Notes under the pieces: model-generated | What the model was told of the DNA's origin: nothing | The model's input: only the letters and a program-made list of their open reading frames with translations | Databases searched by the model: none | Part shown: positions 19,145 through 31,145 of the stretch, piece after piece | How the letters are laid out: every line of letters starts with the position of its first letter | How positions within the stretch are numbered: position 1 is the first letter of the stretch | Made by a program: the position numbers and the translations under genes | DNA from: Bacteriovoracaceae bacterium | GTDB taxonomy: Bacteria > Bdellovibrionota > Bacteriovoracia > Bacteriovoracales > Bacteriovoracaceae | Direction: 5' to 3' | Length of the DNA: 64,000 bases | NCBI GenBank assembly: GCA_048270185.1 | Contig: JBLWTJ010000001.1 | Span: forward strand, 832,001 to 896,000

Positions 19145-20005
19145 TTACAAATTGGAATAACACTCTCTTAGTAAATTTCCATACTCTCTTTCAAGAGTAT
19201 CAAGTAAATCAGCAGATGAGCGAGGCGCTTGGTAGTACTTAACAAAGTGCTCATAAACATCACGTCTTAAATGATCGGGAAAGTTCAGCTCATTTAGATC
19301 AAGCCCCTTGCCTTTAATGAAGATCGAGCTAGGAGTGAAGCGTTTAGAATAATCTACAATATTTAAAGTATCTTTAAAGCGAATATCTCCATCAGGGAAT
19401 AAGCGGGCCTTAATTCTTGCAAGTCCCTTTTCTCCAAAGCATGAGTTCTTAATTGAATTTATACCGTGAGCAAGTAGCAAATCTTGAATATTTGATTTAA
19501 CACCGATGATTAGATCAGAGGCCGTGTAGCCAAAGAATTCATGTGTAGCAATGAGAGAATTCGTTCCCCTAGCGTTGGCCCTAAACCAATCTTGCGTGCG
19601 AGAGAGAGCCTCTTCAGTCGTGCTACGGCTCCCTTTTACAAGGACATCAAAGTCTGCGTGCATGAGTTCATGAAAAATCGTTGAAGCGAGAATATCAAAT
19701 TCATACTTACGAGACTGAGGAAAATCACTAGCACCTACAATACGATTACCACGCCAATTCTTTTCACGTAATACAATGGTATTGGTTTTATCGTTATAAG
19801 TCGCTTCAGCTCCAGACTTATTCATCATCCATCTTTCAAATGCATTCGGTTTGCGAATACGAACCTTTGAAATGACAGAATCGAGTCGAGATGAATTTAG
19901 ACCAAAGTGCTTATCTAAAGAATCTGAAAATTCAGAGATTGTCACCGGAGAGGCCGCAAGGACATAAGTTGCAAATAAGAGTGATAAAATAGCTTTCATA
20001 TCCAT
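19145..20005 (-). CDS. Secreted protein with HExxH zinc-peptidase motif
   Basis: Signal peptide; IFHELMH; downstream ATHE. Confidence 0.6.
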   Translation of the reverse strand: MDMKAILSLLFATYVLAASPVTISEFSDSLDKHFGLNSSRLDSVISKVRIRKPNAFERWMMNKSGAEATYNDKTNTIVLREKNWRGNRIVGASDFPQSRKYEFDILASTIFHELMHADFDVLVKGSRSTTEEALSRTQDWFRANARGTNSLIATHEFFGYTASDLIIGVKSNIQDLLLAHGINSIKNSCFGEKGLARIKARLFPDGDIRFKDTLNIVDYSKRFTPSSIFIKGKGLDLNELNFPDHLRRDVYEHFVKYYQAPRSSADLLDTLEREYGNLLRECYSNL

Positions 20006-20106
20006 ATTAAACCTCGTCCTACACGCAATTACTATATGTGTAAGATGATATGAGATTCGCTATTTCTTGAAATGTGAATTGAGATTAAGAGAGAATGAAT
20101 TTAGGT

Positions 20107-21441
20107 TTACTTATCAATACCGTTTAAAATAAAGGTAAAATTAGTACCCTTATCAAGTTCTGAAGTCACTTTAAACTCTCCACCAATTTCTTCGATGAAG
20201 TGGATTGCAATGGCAAGACCATTTCCTGATCCTTGTTCATTCATTGTGCCATTACTAGAATCTAACTCGTGTAAATTATAAAGCTTTCTAAGGGTCTTTT
20301 GGTTCATGCCAACGCCTTCATCAATCACTTCAATGACACAAAGATTTTCTTTCTTTAGATGGCTTAATTTTACAGTAACGCTACTATCTGAAGAAGAGAA
20401 CTTAATTGCATTTTGAATAAGATTTGTCAGAATATTTTCTTTTAAAATTGTTGGGTTTGTTTCGACAAAGACATCTGCTTCCGCATCAATTCTTAATTCA
20501 ACATTCTTATTGAGGGCGTAATCAGAGAGATCATTAAGACTTTCTTGGACTAGTTTTCGTATATCAATTTTCATTTTAAATAAACGTGTCGATTGTGAGT
20601 TTTTAATAATCCCATTGACCGCAGCAATATAGGAATCAATTTTATCAACTGCACCATCAATATCGCCACGAGAAATTTTCATTTTGGCAAACTCTAGCAT
20701 TTGAAGCTTATTATAGATATCGTGATTAAGGGTGCGATTTAAGACTTGAAGCTTGCGATTCAGCTCTAATTGCTTCACGGACATAGTTTCAAGCTTCATT
20801 GTTTTAAGTTCAAGAGAGTTAGCATACTCGAGATTTTCAAAAACCACGCGCTCAAGCTGGCGAGGGCCAACAAAGAAGCGTCGATGAATTTGCAAAATAC
20901 TCCAACGATTAAGAATACCGTTTAATTGAAATTCAACACGATCCTCATGCTCTTTAAAACTTACAGAGATGGGTTTTTTATACTTAAAGAACATCATGGG
21001 AAAGTGGCGAAAAATACCAACATACATATTCACAAACTCTTCAAATGGACGAGTATCACTGTGAAAAAGAAAAGAAATATTTAAGCTAGAGCGAGACCCT
21101 CGACTAAAATTGAGTGTTATATTTCGATAAAGGGCCTTAAATGCGTATTTTAGAAGGAAGCGAATAATAAAAACTTCCCCTGTAAAATAGCTAGCAACAT
21201 GAAGAAGTGAGCTAAAGATTGAATTCTCTACCCCGGTATTCGTAACTAACTTCACGTAGTCGGGGTAAGTCTGGGCAAAAGACTTAGTAATTAAACTAAA
21301 CTCTTCCCACGACAGCATATCCCTTTGATCTAATAATGAATTATAATCAAAGCCTAGATCCTCGAAGAATTCTCTCGGATCATCATTTTTAACCTTAATG
21401 GCATCAATATAAGCAACTAGCGCTTTATTACTTACGTCCAT
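20107..21441 (-). CDS. Cytoplasmic sensor histidine kinase
   Basis: LNHDIYN H box, NLIQNAIKFS, DEGVG, GSGNGL; no clear TM. Confidence 0.88.
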   Translation of the reverse strand: MDVSNKALVAYIDAIKVKNDDPREFFEDLGFDYNSLLDQRDMLSWEEFSLITKSFAQTYPDYVKLVTNTGVENSIFSSLLHVASYFTGEVFIIRFLLKYAFKALYRNITLNFSRGSRSSLNISFLFHSDTRPFEEFVNMYVGIFRHFPMMFFKYKKPISVSFKEHEDRVEFQLNGILNRWSILQIHRRFFVGPRQLERVVFENLEYANSLELKTMKLETMSVKQLELNRKLQVLNRTLNHDIYNKLQMLEFAKMKISRGDIDGAVDKIDSYIAAVNGIIKNSQSTRLFKMKIDIRKLVQESLNDLSDYALNKNVELRIDAEADVFVETNPTILKENILTNLIQNAIKFSSSDSSVTVKLSHLKKENLCVIEVIDEGVGMNQKTLRKLYNLHELDSSNGTMNEQGSGNGLAIAIHFIEEIGGEFKVTSELDKGTNFTFILNGIDK

Positions 21442-21567
21442 ACAAGAATTTTAGCGGAATAATGAACTAAAGGGAACTTAACTTACATAATAGTAAGGTA
21501 ATTTGTTTTACATAAACATCCTGCGGTAAAAGTACCTGAAAGGGCAGTTTTGAAGCAGAGATGAATG

Positions 21568-21618
21568 TTATGTCCAGTATGGACGGTATGTCTGCGAGAG
21601 GCAGGAGCCGGAGCAGAC
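21568..21618 (-). repeat. REP-like structured repeat, copy 1
   Basis: Reverse complement matches 39835-39885 at 42/51 positions. Confidence 0.8.
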
Positions 21619-21692
21619 GAATTAAAGAAAGCTAGCCGCAGGCGCGGCTTTCGGTTTAAGACACAAAAAGGAATGGTCCCTTTGCGCTTGAG

Positions 21693-21724
21693 ACAACAAA
21701 GCCAGCTTAAAAGCTGGCTTGTTG
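21693..21724 (-). terminator. Hairpin downstream of nqrF
   Basis: caacaaagccagctt/aagctggcttgttg inverted repeat. Confidence 0.6.
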
Positions 21725-21794
21725 AAGTTTGATTTCATTTCAGGCGCTGGGCGCCCTAACTGCGTCATATCTTCGCTTTGCGAAGATGCCGCAG

Positions 21795-23021
21795 TTAACC
21801 CCCGAAGTCGTCGAGCATGATATCTTCTCTTTCTACACCTAGATCGATAAGCATGTCGATTACACATTGGTTCATGATTGGAGGACCACATAGGTAGTAC
21901 TCACAATCTTCAGGAGCAGGGTGCTTACTTAGGTATTCATCATGTAGTACTTGGTGAATAAACCCTGTATAACCATCCCAATTATCTTCTGGTAGAGCAT
22001 CTGAAAGAGCTACGTGCCAAGTGAAGTTATCATTTTCGGCTTGTAGGCCATCAAAATCTTCAACGTAGAACATTTCTCTCTTAGAACGTGCACCGTACCA
22101 GAAAGTCATCTTACGTTTAGAGTGTAGTCTCTTAAGTTGGTCAAAGATGTGTGAACGCATTGGCGCCATACCAGCTCCACCACCAACGAAAACCATTTCT
22201 TTATCTGTATCACGAGCAAAGAACTCACCAAATGGTCCAGAGATAGTAACCTTATCTCCTGGTTTACAGCTAAAGATATAAGAAGACATTTTACCTGGAG
22301 GAGTTCCCTTAGGAGCTCTTGGAGGAGGAGAAGCAATACGCACGTTTAGCATAATGATCCCTTTCTCTTCCGGGTAATTTGCCATTGAGTAAGCTCTGAT
22401 CGTTTCTTCATTAACAGTCGAATTATACTGCCAAAGATTAAAGTGATCCCAGTCCCCTCTATATTCTTCTTCAACATCGAAGTCTTTGTAGTCAATAGAA
22501 AGTCCTGCAGGTCTTTCGATTTGGATGTAACCACCAGCTCTAAAAGGAACTGACTCACCTTCAGGAAGCTCAAGTACGAACTCCTTAATGAAAGTAGCAA
22601 CATTGTGGTTAGATCTAACCGTACATTCCCACTTCTTTACACCAAATACTGACTCTTCAACTTCAACTTCCATATCAGTTTTAATACCAACCTGACATGC
22701 TAGTCTTAGTCCCTCACGAGCTTCTTTCTTAGAAATATGTGACATTTCTGTCTCTAAGATTTCCCCTCCACCTGAGTGAACGTGTACAGTACATTGACCA
22801 CAAGTACCCCCACCACCACAGGCAGAAGATACGAATAATTTTTGATCAGCAAGAGCGTTTAGAAGCTTTCCACCAGCTGGAATGCTTACAACTTTCTCAC
22901 CGTTAATTGTTAATTTAACGTCACCACTTGAAACCAGCTTTGACTTAGCAAAAAGAATTACTAAAACAAGTGCCAGAACCACAACGGTAAACATTAAAAC
23001 ACCAAGAATAATTGCATTCAT
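21795..23021 (-). CDS. nqrF: Na+-translocating NADH:quinone reductase subunit F
   Basis: [12 protein letters not shown] 2Fe-2S motif, [18 protein letters not shown], terminal DDFGG. Confidence 0.98.
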   Translation of the reverse strand: MNAIILGVLMFTVVVLALVLVILFAKSKLVSSGDVKLTINGEKVVSIPAGGKLLNALADQKLFVSSACGGGGTCGQCTVHVHSGGGEILETEMSHISKKEAREGLRLACQVGIKTDMEVEVEESVFGVKKWECTVRSNHNVATFIKEFVLELPEGESVPFRAGGYIQIERPAGLSIDYKDFDVEEEYRGDWDHFNLWQYNSTVNEETIRAYSMANYPEEKGIIMLNVRIASPPPRAPKGTPPGKMSSYIFSCKPGDKVTISGPFGEFFARDTDKEMVFVGGGAGMAPMRSHIFDQLKRLHSKRKMTFWYGARSKREMFYVEDFDGLQAENDNFTWHVALSDALPEDNWDGYTGFIHQVLHDEYLSKHPAPEDCEYYLCGPPIMNQCVIDMLIDLGVEREDIMLDDFGG

Positions 23022-23049
23022 AATATTTCCTTTTTATTACTTACCGTTA

Positions 23050-23661
23050 CTAAAGTTGGATTCCTGAAAAACTTAGGAAACCAAGTGCCATTAGACCTAC
23101 AGTGATAAAAGTGATCCCAAGACCCTTAAGTCCATCAGGAACGTCACTATACTTCATTTTCTCTCTAATACCTGCAAGAGCTGCAATCGCTAGGGCCCAT
23201 CCAAAACCTGAACCTAGACCGAAAACAACAGACTCTCCAAAATTATAATCTCTTTCCACCATGAAAAGTGAACCACCAAGAATGGCACAGTTTACAGTGA
23301 TAAGAGGAAGGAAAATCCCTAGAGCGTTATAAAGAGCTGGCATATACTTATCTAAGAACATTTCTAGGATCTGTACCATCGCCGCGATTACACCGATGTA
23401 ACAAATTAGACCTAGGAATGAAAGATCAGTACCAGGAATACCTGCCCAAGCAAGAGCATTGTCTTTTAGTAAGTAGTTAAAAAGTAGATTGTTAATTGGG
23501 ATTGTAATTGTTTGAACAACAACAACCGCAACACCTAGACCTAGAGAAGTCTTAACTTTTTTCGATACAGCTAGGAACGTACACATACCTAGGAAGAACG
23601 CAAGAGCTAAGTTTTCAATAAATACCGCTTTAATAAATAAACTTAAATAATGTTCTAACAT
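23050..23661 (-). CDS. nqrE: Na+-NQR subunit E
   Basis: [25 protein letters not shown]. Confidence 0.98.
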   Translation of the reverse strand: MLEHYLSLFIKAVFIENLALAFFLGMCTFLAVSKKVKTSLGLGVAVVVVQTITIPINNLLFNYLLKDNALAWAGIPGTDLSFLGLICYIGVIAAMVQILEMFLDKYMPALYNALGIFLPLITVNCAILGGSLFMVERDYNFGESVVFGLGSGFGWALAIAALAGIREKMKYSDVPDGLKGLGITFITVGLMALGFLSFSGIQL

Positions 23662-23674
23662 AATTCACCTACCC

Positions 23675-24292
23675 TTACATTTCTTCTACTTGATCTTTCT
23701 TCCAAGTACGTAGACCCCAGATGAAAAAACCAATTAAGAAGAACGCAGATGGTGCAAGAAGCGCCATACCATTAGTTTGGTACCAACCACCTTCTCCAGT
23801 TGTTGCTAAAATAGAAACTCCAAATAGCTTTCCTGAACCAAGAAGCTCTCTAAAGAATCCAACAAATACAAGAACGATTGAATAACCGATACCGTTACCA
23901 ATACCATCAAAGAATGACATAATTGGTGGGTTCTTCATCGCATATGCTTCCGCACGTCCCATAACAATACAGTTTGTAATGATAAGACCAATATAAACTG
24001 ACATCGATTTTGCAACATCATATACGTAAGCTTTTAGTACTTGATCTGTCACGATAACTAGTGAAGCAATAATCGTCATCATAACGATGATACGAATTGC
24101 ACTTGGAACGTGATTTCTAATAAGAGATACGAATAAGTTAGAGAAAGCTGTAACAACTGTTACCGCTAAACACATAACTGCTACTGACTCCATCTTCGTC
24201 GTAACCGCTAGAGCAGAACAAATACCAAGGATTTGAAGTGCAATTGGGTTATTCTCAAATAATGGAGAAACTACTGTTTCTTTAAAATTCAT
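23675..24292 (-). CDS. nqrD: Na+-NQR subunit D
   Basis: [32 protein letters not shown]. Confidence 0.98.
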   Translation of the reverse strand: MNFKETVVSPLFENNPIALQILGICSALAVTTKMESVAVMCLAVTVVTAFSNLFVSLIRNHVPSAIRIIVMMTIIASLVIVTDQVLKAYVYDVAKSMSVYIGLIITNCIVMGRAEAYAMKNPPIMSFFDGIGNGIGYSIVLVFVGFFRELLGSGKLFGVSILATTGEGGWYQTNGMALLAPSAFFLIGFFIWGLRTWKKDQVEEM

Positions 24293-25065
24293 TATTCACC
24301 CCCGCCTTGTGTGAATTTCTCAATGAATGGACCAAATGCATCGTCCCCCATCCAGTAGCGAACAGTTCCTGTTACACCATTAGCTGTCAGAGTCGCACCT
24401 GAAAGACCATCGATATCAAAGCTGCTTGCTTTACTAGCTTCACCTTTAATAACTTGAATTTGTGGATTTCCATTCTCTCCAAAGATTTTCTTCCCTGGCC
24501 AGACTGATCTCCAGTGTGGGTTATCAATCTCACCACCAAGACCTGGAGTCTCACCGTGCGAGTAGAAACCAATACCTTTAACAGTATTAAGATCTGTCTC
24601 AAGAACTAAGAAACCATACATTGTCGACCAAAGACCTTTCCCGTGAATTGGGAATACAACAGACTTAACTGTTTCACCGTCTTTAACGAAGAAAACTTTA
24701 CTGTACTTTGCACGGAATTTAATTCTTCCCTTATCTTGATCCGCAGGAATCTTATAATTCATCTTTGGATCTTTAGCAGCTTTAACAGCGTCGTATTTTG
24801 AAACATTCACATCAGTTACGTATTCACCTGTTGCAAGATCAACAAGCTTCTCTTCAATATTTGTGTATGCTTCTTCGATTTCTTTTTTCCCTGCTTTAGC
24901 TTCAACAAGCCCAGCAGTCATAAGAAGGTTCTTTTTAATATCTAATTCTTTATTAATCGTTTGTAGTGGCTTTAGTGAAACCGCAGACCAAGAAACGACG
25001 ACTGAACATATAACACAAAGAAGTGTCGCTACGATCAGAGTTTTTGCAGTACTATCATTACTCAT
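24292..25065 (-). CDS. nqrC: Na+-NQR subunit C
   Basis: [17 protein letters not shown]-attachment DGLSGATLT. Confidence 0.98.
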   Translation of the reverse strand: MSNDSTAKTLIVATLLCVICSVVVSWSAVSLKPLQTINKELDIKKNLLMTAGLVEAKAGKKEIEEAYTNIEEKLVDLATGEYVTDVNVSKYDAVKAAKDPKMNYKIPADQDKGRIKFRAKYSKVFFVKDGETVKSVVFPIHGKGLWSTMYGFLVLETDLNTVKGIGFYSHGETPGLGGEIDNPHWRSVWPGKKIFGENGNPQIQVIKGEASKASSFDIDGLSGATLTANGVTGTVRYWMGDDAFGPFIEKFTQGGGE

Positions 25066-25074
25066 TACTGCCCC

Positions 25075-26274
25075 CTATACCGTCTTGTAGCCGTTTGCAC
25101 GTTTCTTGATATTACCTTGAATAACAAAGTAATCAATTAATGGTGCAAAACAATTTCCGAAAAGAATGGCAAGCATTGTTCCTTCCGGGAAAGCTGGGTT
25201 AATAACACGAACAAGGATAACCATGAAACCGATTAGGGCACCATAGAACCAATGTCCTTTTGGAGTCATTGAAGCTGATACTGGATCAGTTGCCATGAAT
25301 ACTGTACCGAATGCGAACCCACCAAGAACTAAATGCCAAAGAGGAGTTACTGAGAACATTGGATTAGTAGTTGATCCAATTACATTTAGAAGTCCAGAAG
25401 TAATAACGGCCGCTAAAGTCATTGAAAGCATGATTCTCCAAGAACCGATACCAGCGATAATTAGAACCGCAGCACCAATTAAACAAGCAAGAGCAGAAGT
25501 CTCACCCATTGAACCAGGAATAAGTCCTAAGAAAGCATCTTGCATTGAAACTGTGATCGCTTGAACACCACCAATTGCAGCTTGTGAAAGTGCAGTTGCT
25601 CCAGTGAATCCATCAACAGCAGTCCAAACCGCGTCACCTGAAATCTGTGCAGGATATGCAAAGAAAAGGAAAGCACGAGCAGTAAGAGCTGGGTTTAAGA
25701 AGTTTTTACCTGTTCCACCAAACACCTCTTTACCGATTAGAACACCGAAAGAGATCCCTACAGCAACTTGCCATAATGGGATAGTAGGAGGAAGAGTTAG
25801 AGGGAAAAGCATCCCAGTAACAAGGAAACCTTCATTGATTTCGTGACCACGAACGATCGCGAAAAGCGCTTCCCAAAAACCACCAGCAATTTGAGTTACT
25901 AGGAAGATTGGAAAGAAATAAAGGAAACCGTGAAGTAGATTAGCAACATAGCTATCAGGAGAAAAACCAGCTCCAAGTGCCATGATGATATCAGCACGCC
26001 ACCCCTCTGGAGTCATGCTAGCAGCTGCAAGAGCAGAGTTCGCTTGAAAACCAGTGTTGTACATTGCCATGAACATCGCAGGAATAAGAGCGATGGCCAC
26101 AGTGATCATTAATCTTTTTAAATCAAGTGTGTCTCTAACATGAACAGTACCTTTTGATACACCACCTGGTGTATAAAGGAATGTGTCGATCATTTCATAC
26201 ACAGCATAAAATTTTTCGAACTTTCCACCTTTGGCAAAGTTGTCATGTTGAGAATCTAGAAGTTTACGCAACAT
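25075..26274 (-). CDS. nqrB: Na+-NQR subunit B
   Basis: [41 protein letters not shown]. Confidence 0.98.
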   Translation of the reverse strand: MLRKLLDSQHDNFAKGGKFEKFYAVYEMIDTFLYTPGGVSKGTVHVRDTLDLKRLMITVAIALIPAMFMAMYNTGFQANSALAAASMTPEGWRADIIMALGAGFSPDSYVANLLHGFLYFFPIFLVTQIAGGFWEALFAIVRGHEINEGFLVTGMLFPLTLPPTIPLWQVAVGISFGVLIGKEVFGGTGKNFLNPALTARAFLFFAYPAQISGDAVWTAVDGFTGATALSQAAIGGVQAITVSMQDAFLGLIPGSMGETSALACLIGAAVLIIAGIGSWRIMLSMTLAAVITSGLLNVIGSTTNPMFSVTPLWHLVLGGFAFGTVFMATDPVSASMTPKGHWFYGALIGFMVILVRVINPAFPEGTMLAILFGNCFAPLIDYFVIQGNIKKRANGYKTV

Positions 26275-26279
26275 TGTTA

Positions 26280-27623
26280 TTATCCTTCTTTCTCAATAGT
26301 AGTTAAGTTTTCTCTAAGTGCCGGACCGAAATCAACCTTACCAGGACTTACGAAAGTACAAAGAGCGATATCCTCTTCGTCTAACTCAAGGCTTCCTAGC
26401 TCAACAGCATAGTCGTGATCTTTTGTCACAAGTGCTCTTAAAAGTTGAGTTGGTAAAATATCTAGTGGCATTACTTTTTCAAATGATCCAACTGGAACCA
26501 TTGCTCTATCAGAACCATGAGTAGCAGTTGTGAAGTTGAAAATTTGCCCTGGCTTTAGCCAGTGTAAGAATGTGCGCTTAACAGAGAACTTATTAAGACC
26601 TGGTTTATGCCAACCAAGGAACTCTCTCTCACGACCTTCATTTAAAAGGCTGATCTGATTATGAAAACGTCCAAGGTAAGCAAAAGTGCCGGCCATTGAA
26701 CGACCATTAAATACTGAACCTGAAACAACTCTTACTTCTCCGTGTCCGATCTTCCCTGAAGTTACTTCTCCAAGGTGTGCACCAGCAATTGTTTTTACAA
26801 GAGTTGGATTAACAGATGCAGGACCTGCGATCGATATGATTCTTTCATTTGAAAGTTCACCAGTTGTAAATAATTTTCCGATTGCAATTACATCTTGGTA
26901 ACCAATTGACCAAACTGTTTTCTTTGCATTAACCGGATCAACAAAGTGAATATGTGTTCCAGCGTTCCCCGCAGGGTGAACACCAGTAAATTCTTTTGTT
27001 TCCACCTTAGTTGTACTTGGCTTTGGAATCGAAACTCCAGCAGCTTTACAAACATAAGTTTTTCCGTCAGTAAGCTTTGATAGAACCTCTACTCCATTGA
27101 CGAAGTCCTCACTGCTTTCAGCAATAATTAATGCTGGGTCAGCAGCAAGTGGATTTGTATCCATAGCTGTTACGAAAATTGAATGTGGTTCAGAATTAAG
27201 TGCAGGAGCTTTTGAAAATGGTCTTGTTCTTAGAGTTGGCCATAGACCTGATTCAACAAGAAGATCTTGTACTTCTTCTTTTGTTAAATCCTTAACTCCA
27301 GTCCCTTTGTAGTTTTCAAATGTAACTTGCTCATTACCTGAAACTTCAATTACTAAAGTTTCAAACGCTCTTCTTGCACCACGGTTAATTTCGATAACCT
27401 TTCCGCTTACAGGTGCAGTGTAAAGTACACCCTCAACTTTCTTACAAGAAAATAACGCTTGTCCTTTTTTAACTTCATCCCCTACTTGAACAAGCATAGT
27501 TGGTTTCATTCCAACATAATCTGTTCCAGTAAGAGCGACTTTAGTCACTTGAGGCCCTGCCTCAACCTTTTGTGATGGCTTCCCTGTGATAGGAAGGTCC
27601 AATCCTCTCTTAATGTGAATCAT
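26280..27623 (-). CDS. nqrA: Na+-NQR subunit A
   Basis: [28 protein letters not shown], terminal IEKEG. Confidence 0.98.
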   Translation of the reverse strand: MIHIKRGLDLPITGKPSQKVEAGPQVTKVALTGTDYVGMKPTMLVQVGDEVKKGQALFSCKKVEGVLYTAPVSGKVIEINRGARRAFETLVIEVSGNEQVTFENYKGTGVKDLTKEEVQDLLVESGLWPTLRTRPFSKAPALNSEPHSIFVTAMDTNPLAADPALIIAESSEDFVNGVEVLSKLTDGKTYVCKAAGVSIPKPSTTKVETKEFTGVHPAGNAGTHIHFVDPVNAKKTVWSIGYQDVIAIGKLFTTGELSNERIISIAGPASVNPTLVKTIAGAHLGEVTSGKIGHGEVRVVSGSVFNGRSMAGTFAYLGRFHNQISLLNEGREREFLGWHKPGLNKFSVKRTFLHWLKPGQIFNFTTATHGSDRAMVPVGSFEKVMPLDILPTQLLRALVTKDHDYAVELGSLELDEEDIALCTFVSPGKVDFGPALRENLTTIEKEG

Positions 27624-27782
27624 AGCGACAAATCCCGTTATTTTGGTTTGTTAACAATAAAATATTTATGAAATTATTAATTTTTTTAACAGAAATACAT
27701 AAGGTTGTAACCCTAATTTTAACTAAATGCCATCTATCTAAAGAGACCAGTATGCGTCAAAACGAAGGCTGTTTAGTCTAAA

Positions 27783-28253
27783 TTATTGACCACAACATTT
27801 TTTATATTTCTTACCTGAGCCACATGGACATGGATCGTTGCGGCCAACTTTAGCACCATCTCTCTTAACCTGCGCTACAATAGGCTCTCCATCAACAAAG
27901 AACCAATCTCCGTCAATTTTTACGAACTCAGAACGTTCATAATGCACATGGTCTTGGCCACCTAAACCAAAGTGGGCCTTAAATTCAACCATCCCCCAAT
28001 CATCGCGCTCAGTTCCCTCGGCCGTATCAACAATCTCAAGACCTTTCCATTCAGATTTTGATGACCATGCCTTGATTTCATTTACATCCATATCTTCTCT
28101 ATGATCTGGGTGAGTTGAATCAACGATGAAATCGATATTTCCGATTGTGTAAGCGTGGTAACGTGCACTCATTAATTGCGCTGCTGTTTGGGCCTTAGCT
28201 TCACCCTTAACAATAGCTTCACATGTCTTTGTATCAAGACCAGAATTACTCAT
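27783..28253 (-). CDS. YchJ-family protein with C-terminal SEC-C motif
   Basis: [40 protein letters not shown] favours ATG 28253 (alternative 28265). Confidence 0.88.
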   Translation of the reverse strand: MSNSGLDTKTCEAIVKGEAKAQTAAQLMSARYHAYTIGNIDFIVDSTHPDHREDMDVNEIKAWSSKSEWKGLEIVDTAEGTERDDWGMVEFKAHFGLGGQDHVHYERSEFVKIDGDWFFVDGEPIVAQVKRDGAKVGRNDPCPCGSGKKYKKCCGQ

Positions 28254-28265
28254 AATAAACTCCAT

Positions 28266-28928
28266 TTAAAATCGATATAATAAGTCAGTAAAATTGGTAT
28301 TTGTTTCATCAAAATATACCTTGCTTTCAAGTAGTCGACTAGAAATAAATGTAAAATGCTCTTTGAGCAATTTTTGATATTTTGTTCGACTGCGACGAAT
28401 AGCGTACTCGTCCTTAAACTCAAGCTCTTCTATTTGACGATCTAATTCTTTATCTGTTGGAACTGTGAGATAAAAATACTTGAATCTGGCAGCAATAATT
28501 GGCAGACAAAACTCAATTTCTTCATCTGATAAATATTGAAACACTGACGTGCAAATACCAAGATCATAAGATTTTTTTAAGTTCTCATTCTTCTTGCACC
28601 AAGTGACAATATCCATCTGGTGTAATTTAAATTTAGTGGATTCAACCTTATTAATTTCACGCTTTTTTACGATATTAAAAGCGTAAGCACTCGGCTCAAT
28701 TCCTTCGGCCTTATAGGGTTTGTATTCTTTTAATAAAGCTTCAAATAAATGCCCTAGACCAAAGCCTAGATCAACGATGGAGTTAATATCAATATATTCG
28801 AGCCCAAAGAGATTCTTGATATAGCCAACATGTTGTTCAACATTACCGATACCATCCATCTGATCGGCTTCTTCATAATTAACTTCCCAGTACTTGTCCG
28901 AGAAACCCTTAGCACCTAATTCTTTCAT
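28266..28928 (-). CDS. Class I SAM-dependent methyltransferase
   Basis: IVDLGFGLG motif I, GIEPS, YDLGICTSVFQY. Confidence 0.8.
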   Translation of the reverse strand: MKELGAKGFSDKYWEVNYEEADQMDGIGNVEQHVGYIKNLFGLEYIDINSIVDLGFGLGHLFEALLKEYKPYKAEGIEPSAYAFNIVKKREINKVESTKFKLHQMDIVTWCKKNENLKKSYDLGICTSVFQYLSDEEIEFCLPIIAARFKYFYLTVPTDKELDRQIEELEFKDEYAIRRSRTKYQKLLKEHFTFISSRLLESKVYFDETNTNFTDLLYRF

Positions 28929-30235
28929 GTATTTTTAATCCTTAATGTATTTCCAATTAAGTATGCATTTGAAATAAAGCGATAGATACCGACTGCGAAA
29001 ATTGCCCCCCACAGTAGTAAGAAAGATTGTTTCTCATAGCTTAAATAAGCTAGTGGAAGAAAGCAGGTTATGAATGCTATCACCATATGACGCCCTAGAA
29101 AATCAAAGCGATTAATTCCGAAAACAAGCCCATCATAGACATAGGCGATGGCAACAGGAATCTGCGCAAGAGCAAGGAAGTTGATAATATCTAAAATTAC
29201 TAATTGGATACTTTCGTCATAAGTAAATAGCGAAATAATTTGACGTCCAAGAAAAGTGAAGATGAAACAAAAGGCTATCCCCACAAGTCCTCCCATCATG
29301 AGAAGTTTCTTGTAAATATCATAAAGGTCTTCATGTCCCTTGTTACGATATAAAGTCCCGCCAATAATATTACCTGATGTTGCGATACCATCAGTAAAGA
29401 ACGAAGCAAATAGCCATAGATTTAAAATAATCTGATGCGCGGCCAATGCTTTAAGGGAAATCGAACTAGCGACCTTTGTCGCTAAAAAGAAACTTAAAGT
29501 TAGAAAAGCTGAGCGCATAAAAACATTGAGAGAACTTTTTCCCATGTGAAATGCATCTGAGATAATAATCTTTTGTGAAAAAAATAAATGACGAATCTTA
29601 TCATTCATTAATATGAAATATAGACATACAAAGAAGCCAAGGGCATTAGCGAAGACTGTTGCTGCAGCGACACTTTGAAGTCCTAGGCCAAATTGATAGA
29701 GCCCCAAGTAAGAAAAGATAATATTAGTTGCAGTTGCAAGACCAATAATACCTAGAACAATATTAACTTTTGCCATTCCCCTTAAAACAGATAAGGCCGA
29801 CATAAAGAGTAAAATGAAAATATGGCCATATAGGCGAACTAAAAAGTATTCATCACAAAGTCCGTAGAGTCCTTTATCAACACTTAAGAATTCATAAACA
29901 TAATTTCTGGCCGGAGAGAAAATAACAACGAGGATAACTCCAATGGCAATGGCCATTAAAAAAGTCACTTTTATAAGTGAAACAACATTGGGATATTCTT
30001 TCTGTGCTAACTTTTGTGAGATCGCCTGAATCGGCGCGTGTACTAAAAAATTAAACATCCATGTAATGGATGACATGATAGAGACACCAATGGCCATGGC
30101 CGCAAGCATTCTTGTATCAAAATTTCCAATCAGTGCCGTGTCGACAATTGAACTTAGAGGCTCAAGCATCGATGCTAGGATCGATGGAATAGAAAGGGCC
30201 CAAAGACCCTTATATGTTAACCAATCGCGATTCAA
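28925..30235 (-). CDS. MATE (DinF-like) efflux transporter
   Basis: EPLSSIVDTALIG, LAAHQI, ~12 TM. Confidence 0.9.
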   Translation of the reverse strand: MNRDWLTYKGLWALSIPSILASMLEPLSSIVDTALIGNFDTRMLAAMAIGVSIMSSITWMFNFLVHAPIQAISQKLAQKEYPNVVSLIKVTFLMAIAIGVILVVIFSPARNYVYEFLSVDKGLYGLCDEYFLVRLYGHIFILLFMSALSVLRGMAKVNIVLGIIGLATATNIIFSYLGLYQFGLGLQSVAAATVFANALGFFVCLYFILMNDKIRHLFFSQKIIISDAFHMGKSSLNVFMRSAFLTLSFFLATKVASSISLKALAAHQIILNLWLFASFFTDGIATSGNIIGGTLYRNKGHEDLYDIYKKLLMMGGLVGIAFCFIFTFLGRQIISLFTYDESIQLVILDIINFLALAQIPVAIAYVYDGLVFGINRFDFLGRHMVIAFITCFLPLAYLSYEKQSFLLLWGAIFAVGIYRFISNAYLIGNTLRIKNT

Positions 30236-30246
30236 TTTTATTTAAT

Positions 30247-30600
30247 CTAGTATTTAGTAATTGCTGAATAAATTGCAACAAAGATTAGGGCAAGAATTAG
30301 ACCTAAACCAGCTAGACGATTGTTCTTCATACGCTTTACTAAAATTGGTCCCAGTGCTGCGATCGCAACCCAAAGACCGACCTTAACCTTAACCCATAAT
30401 GGCCAACCAGCTCCATGGCTTACACCGATACGAGCAAGTAGCCCCATACCTGCAACAAATAAAAGTAAACTTGCTACACCTGATGTAATCTTAAATAACT
30501 TACCATTTGTTCCATTTGGCGAGATAAATTGAGGAGCAAAAGCTGCAACCATCAACACCAACATAAAAACGTGTAACACTTTGTAAAATTCATAACTCAT
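30247..30600 (-). CDS. Small 4-TM membrane protein (SirB2-like)
   Basis: YKVLH, GMGLL and WVKVK pattern. Confidence 0.6.
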   Translation of the reverse strand: MSYEFYKVLHVFMLVLMVAAFAPQFISPNGTNGKLFKITSGVASLLLFVAGMGLLARIGVSHGAGWPLWVKVKVGLWVAIAALGPILVKRMKNNRLAGLGLILALIFVAIYSAITKY

Positions 30601-31100
30601 TTCTTATCTCCATTTCTCTCTTCTAAACCTGTCAGTCTATCATTTATTATATTTAAAGTTTTATTTAATTTATTCAACTCTCTTTCAAGCATAAGGTCTT
30701 CACGGTGCATATCTGTTTGCATCCCTTCGACATTTCTTTTTAGCATTTTTACCTTTCGTCCAATGAGTGTGAACTCTCCACCCAGTAATATATTGGCAAA
30801 GATGGCAGTGTAAGTAGCAAAAACCCCTGTCCCAAAAATCATAAGAAGTACTCCAACGATTCTTCCTTCACGAGTCACAGGAGTAATATCACCATATCCA
30901 ACAGAAGTTAAGGTAACAAATGACCACCAAATGCTATCACTAAATTCTGTTACATTCGGATTGGCCGCGAGTTCAAAGTGGTAGAATGCCATAGCAAAGG
31001 CAATTGCACCAAAGTTACAAATGACGGTAATGACCCAAAAATCAATTGTCATAAATAACATAAAAAAGCGTTCGACAAAAATGCGTAGGCTTGAGCGCAA
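30597..31100 (-). CDS. KcsA-like 2-TM potassium channel
   Basis: WWSFVTLTSVGYGDITP selectivity filter, C-terminal coiled coil; TTG 31100 with GAGG RBS preferred. Confidence 0.88.
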   Translation of the reverse strand: MRSSLRIFVERFFMLFMTIDFWVITVICNFGAIAFAMAFYHFELAANPNVTEFSDSIWWSFVTLTSVGYGDITPVTREGRIVGVLLMIFGTGVFATYTAIFANILLGGEFTLIGRKVKMLKRNVEGMQTDMHREDLMLERELNKLNKTLNIINDRLTGLEERNGDKK

Positions 31101-31145
31101 AAGTACCTCTTCTATAAATTTTAAATATAACTTATAATATTGAAT

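Noticed and set aside
21622..21891. 89-aa - strand ORF
   Set aside because: Overlaps the nqrF end and runs through terminator and repeat hairpins; no RBS or motif
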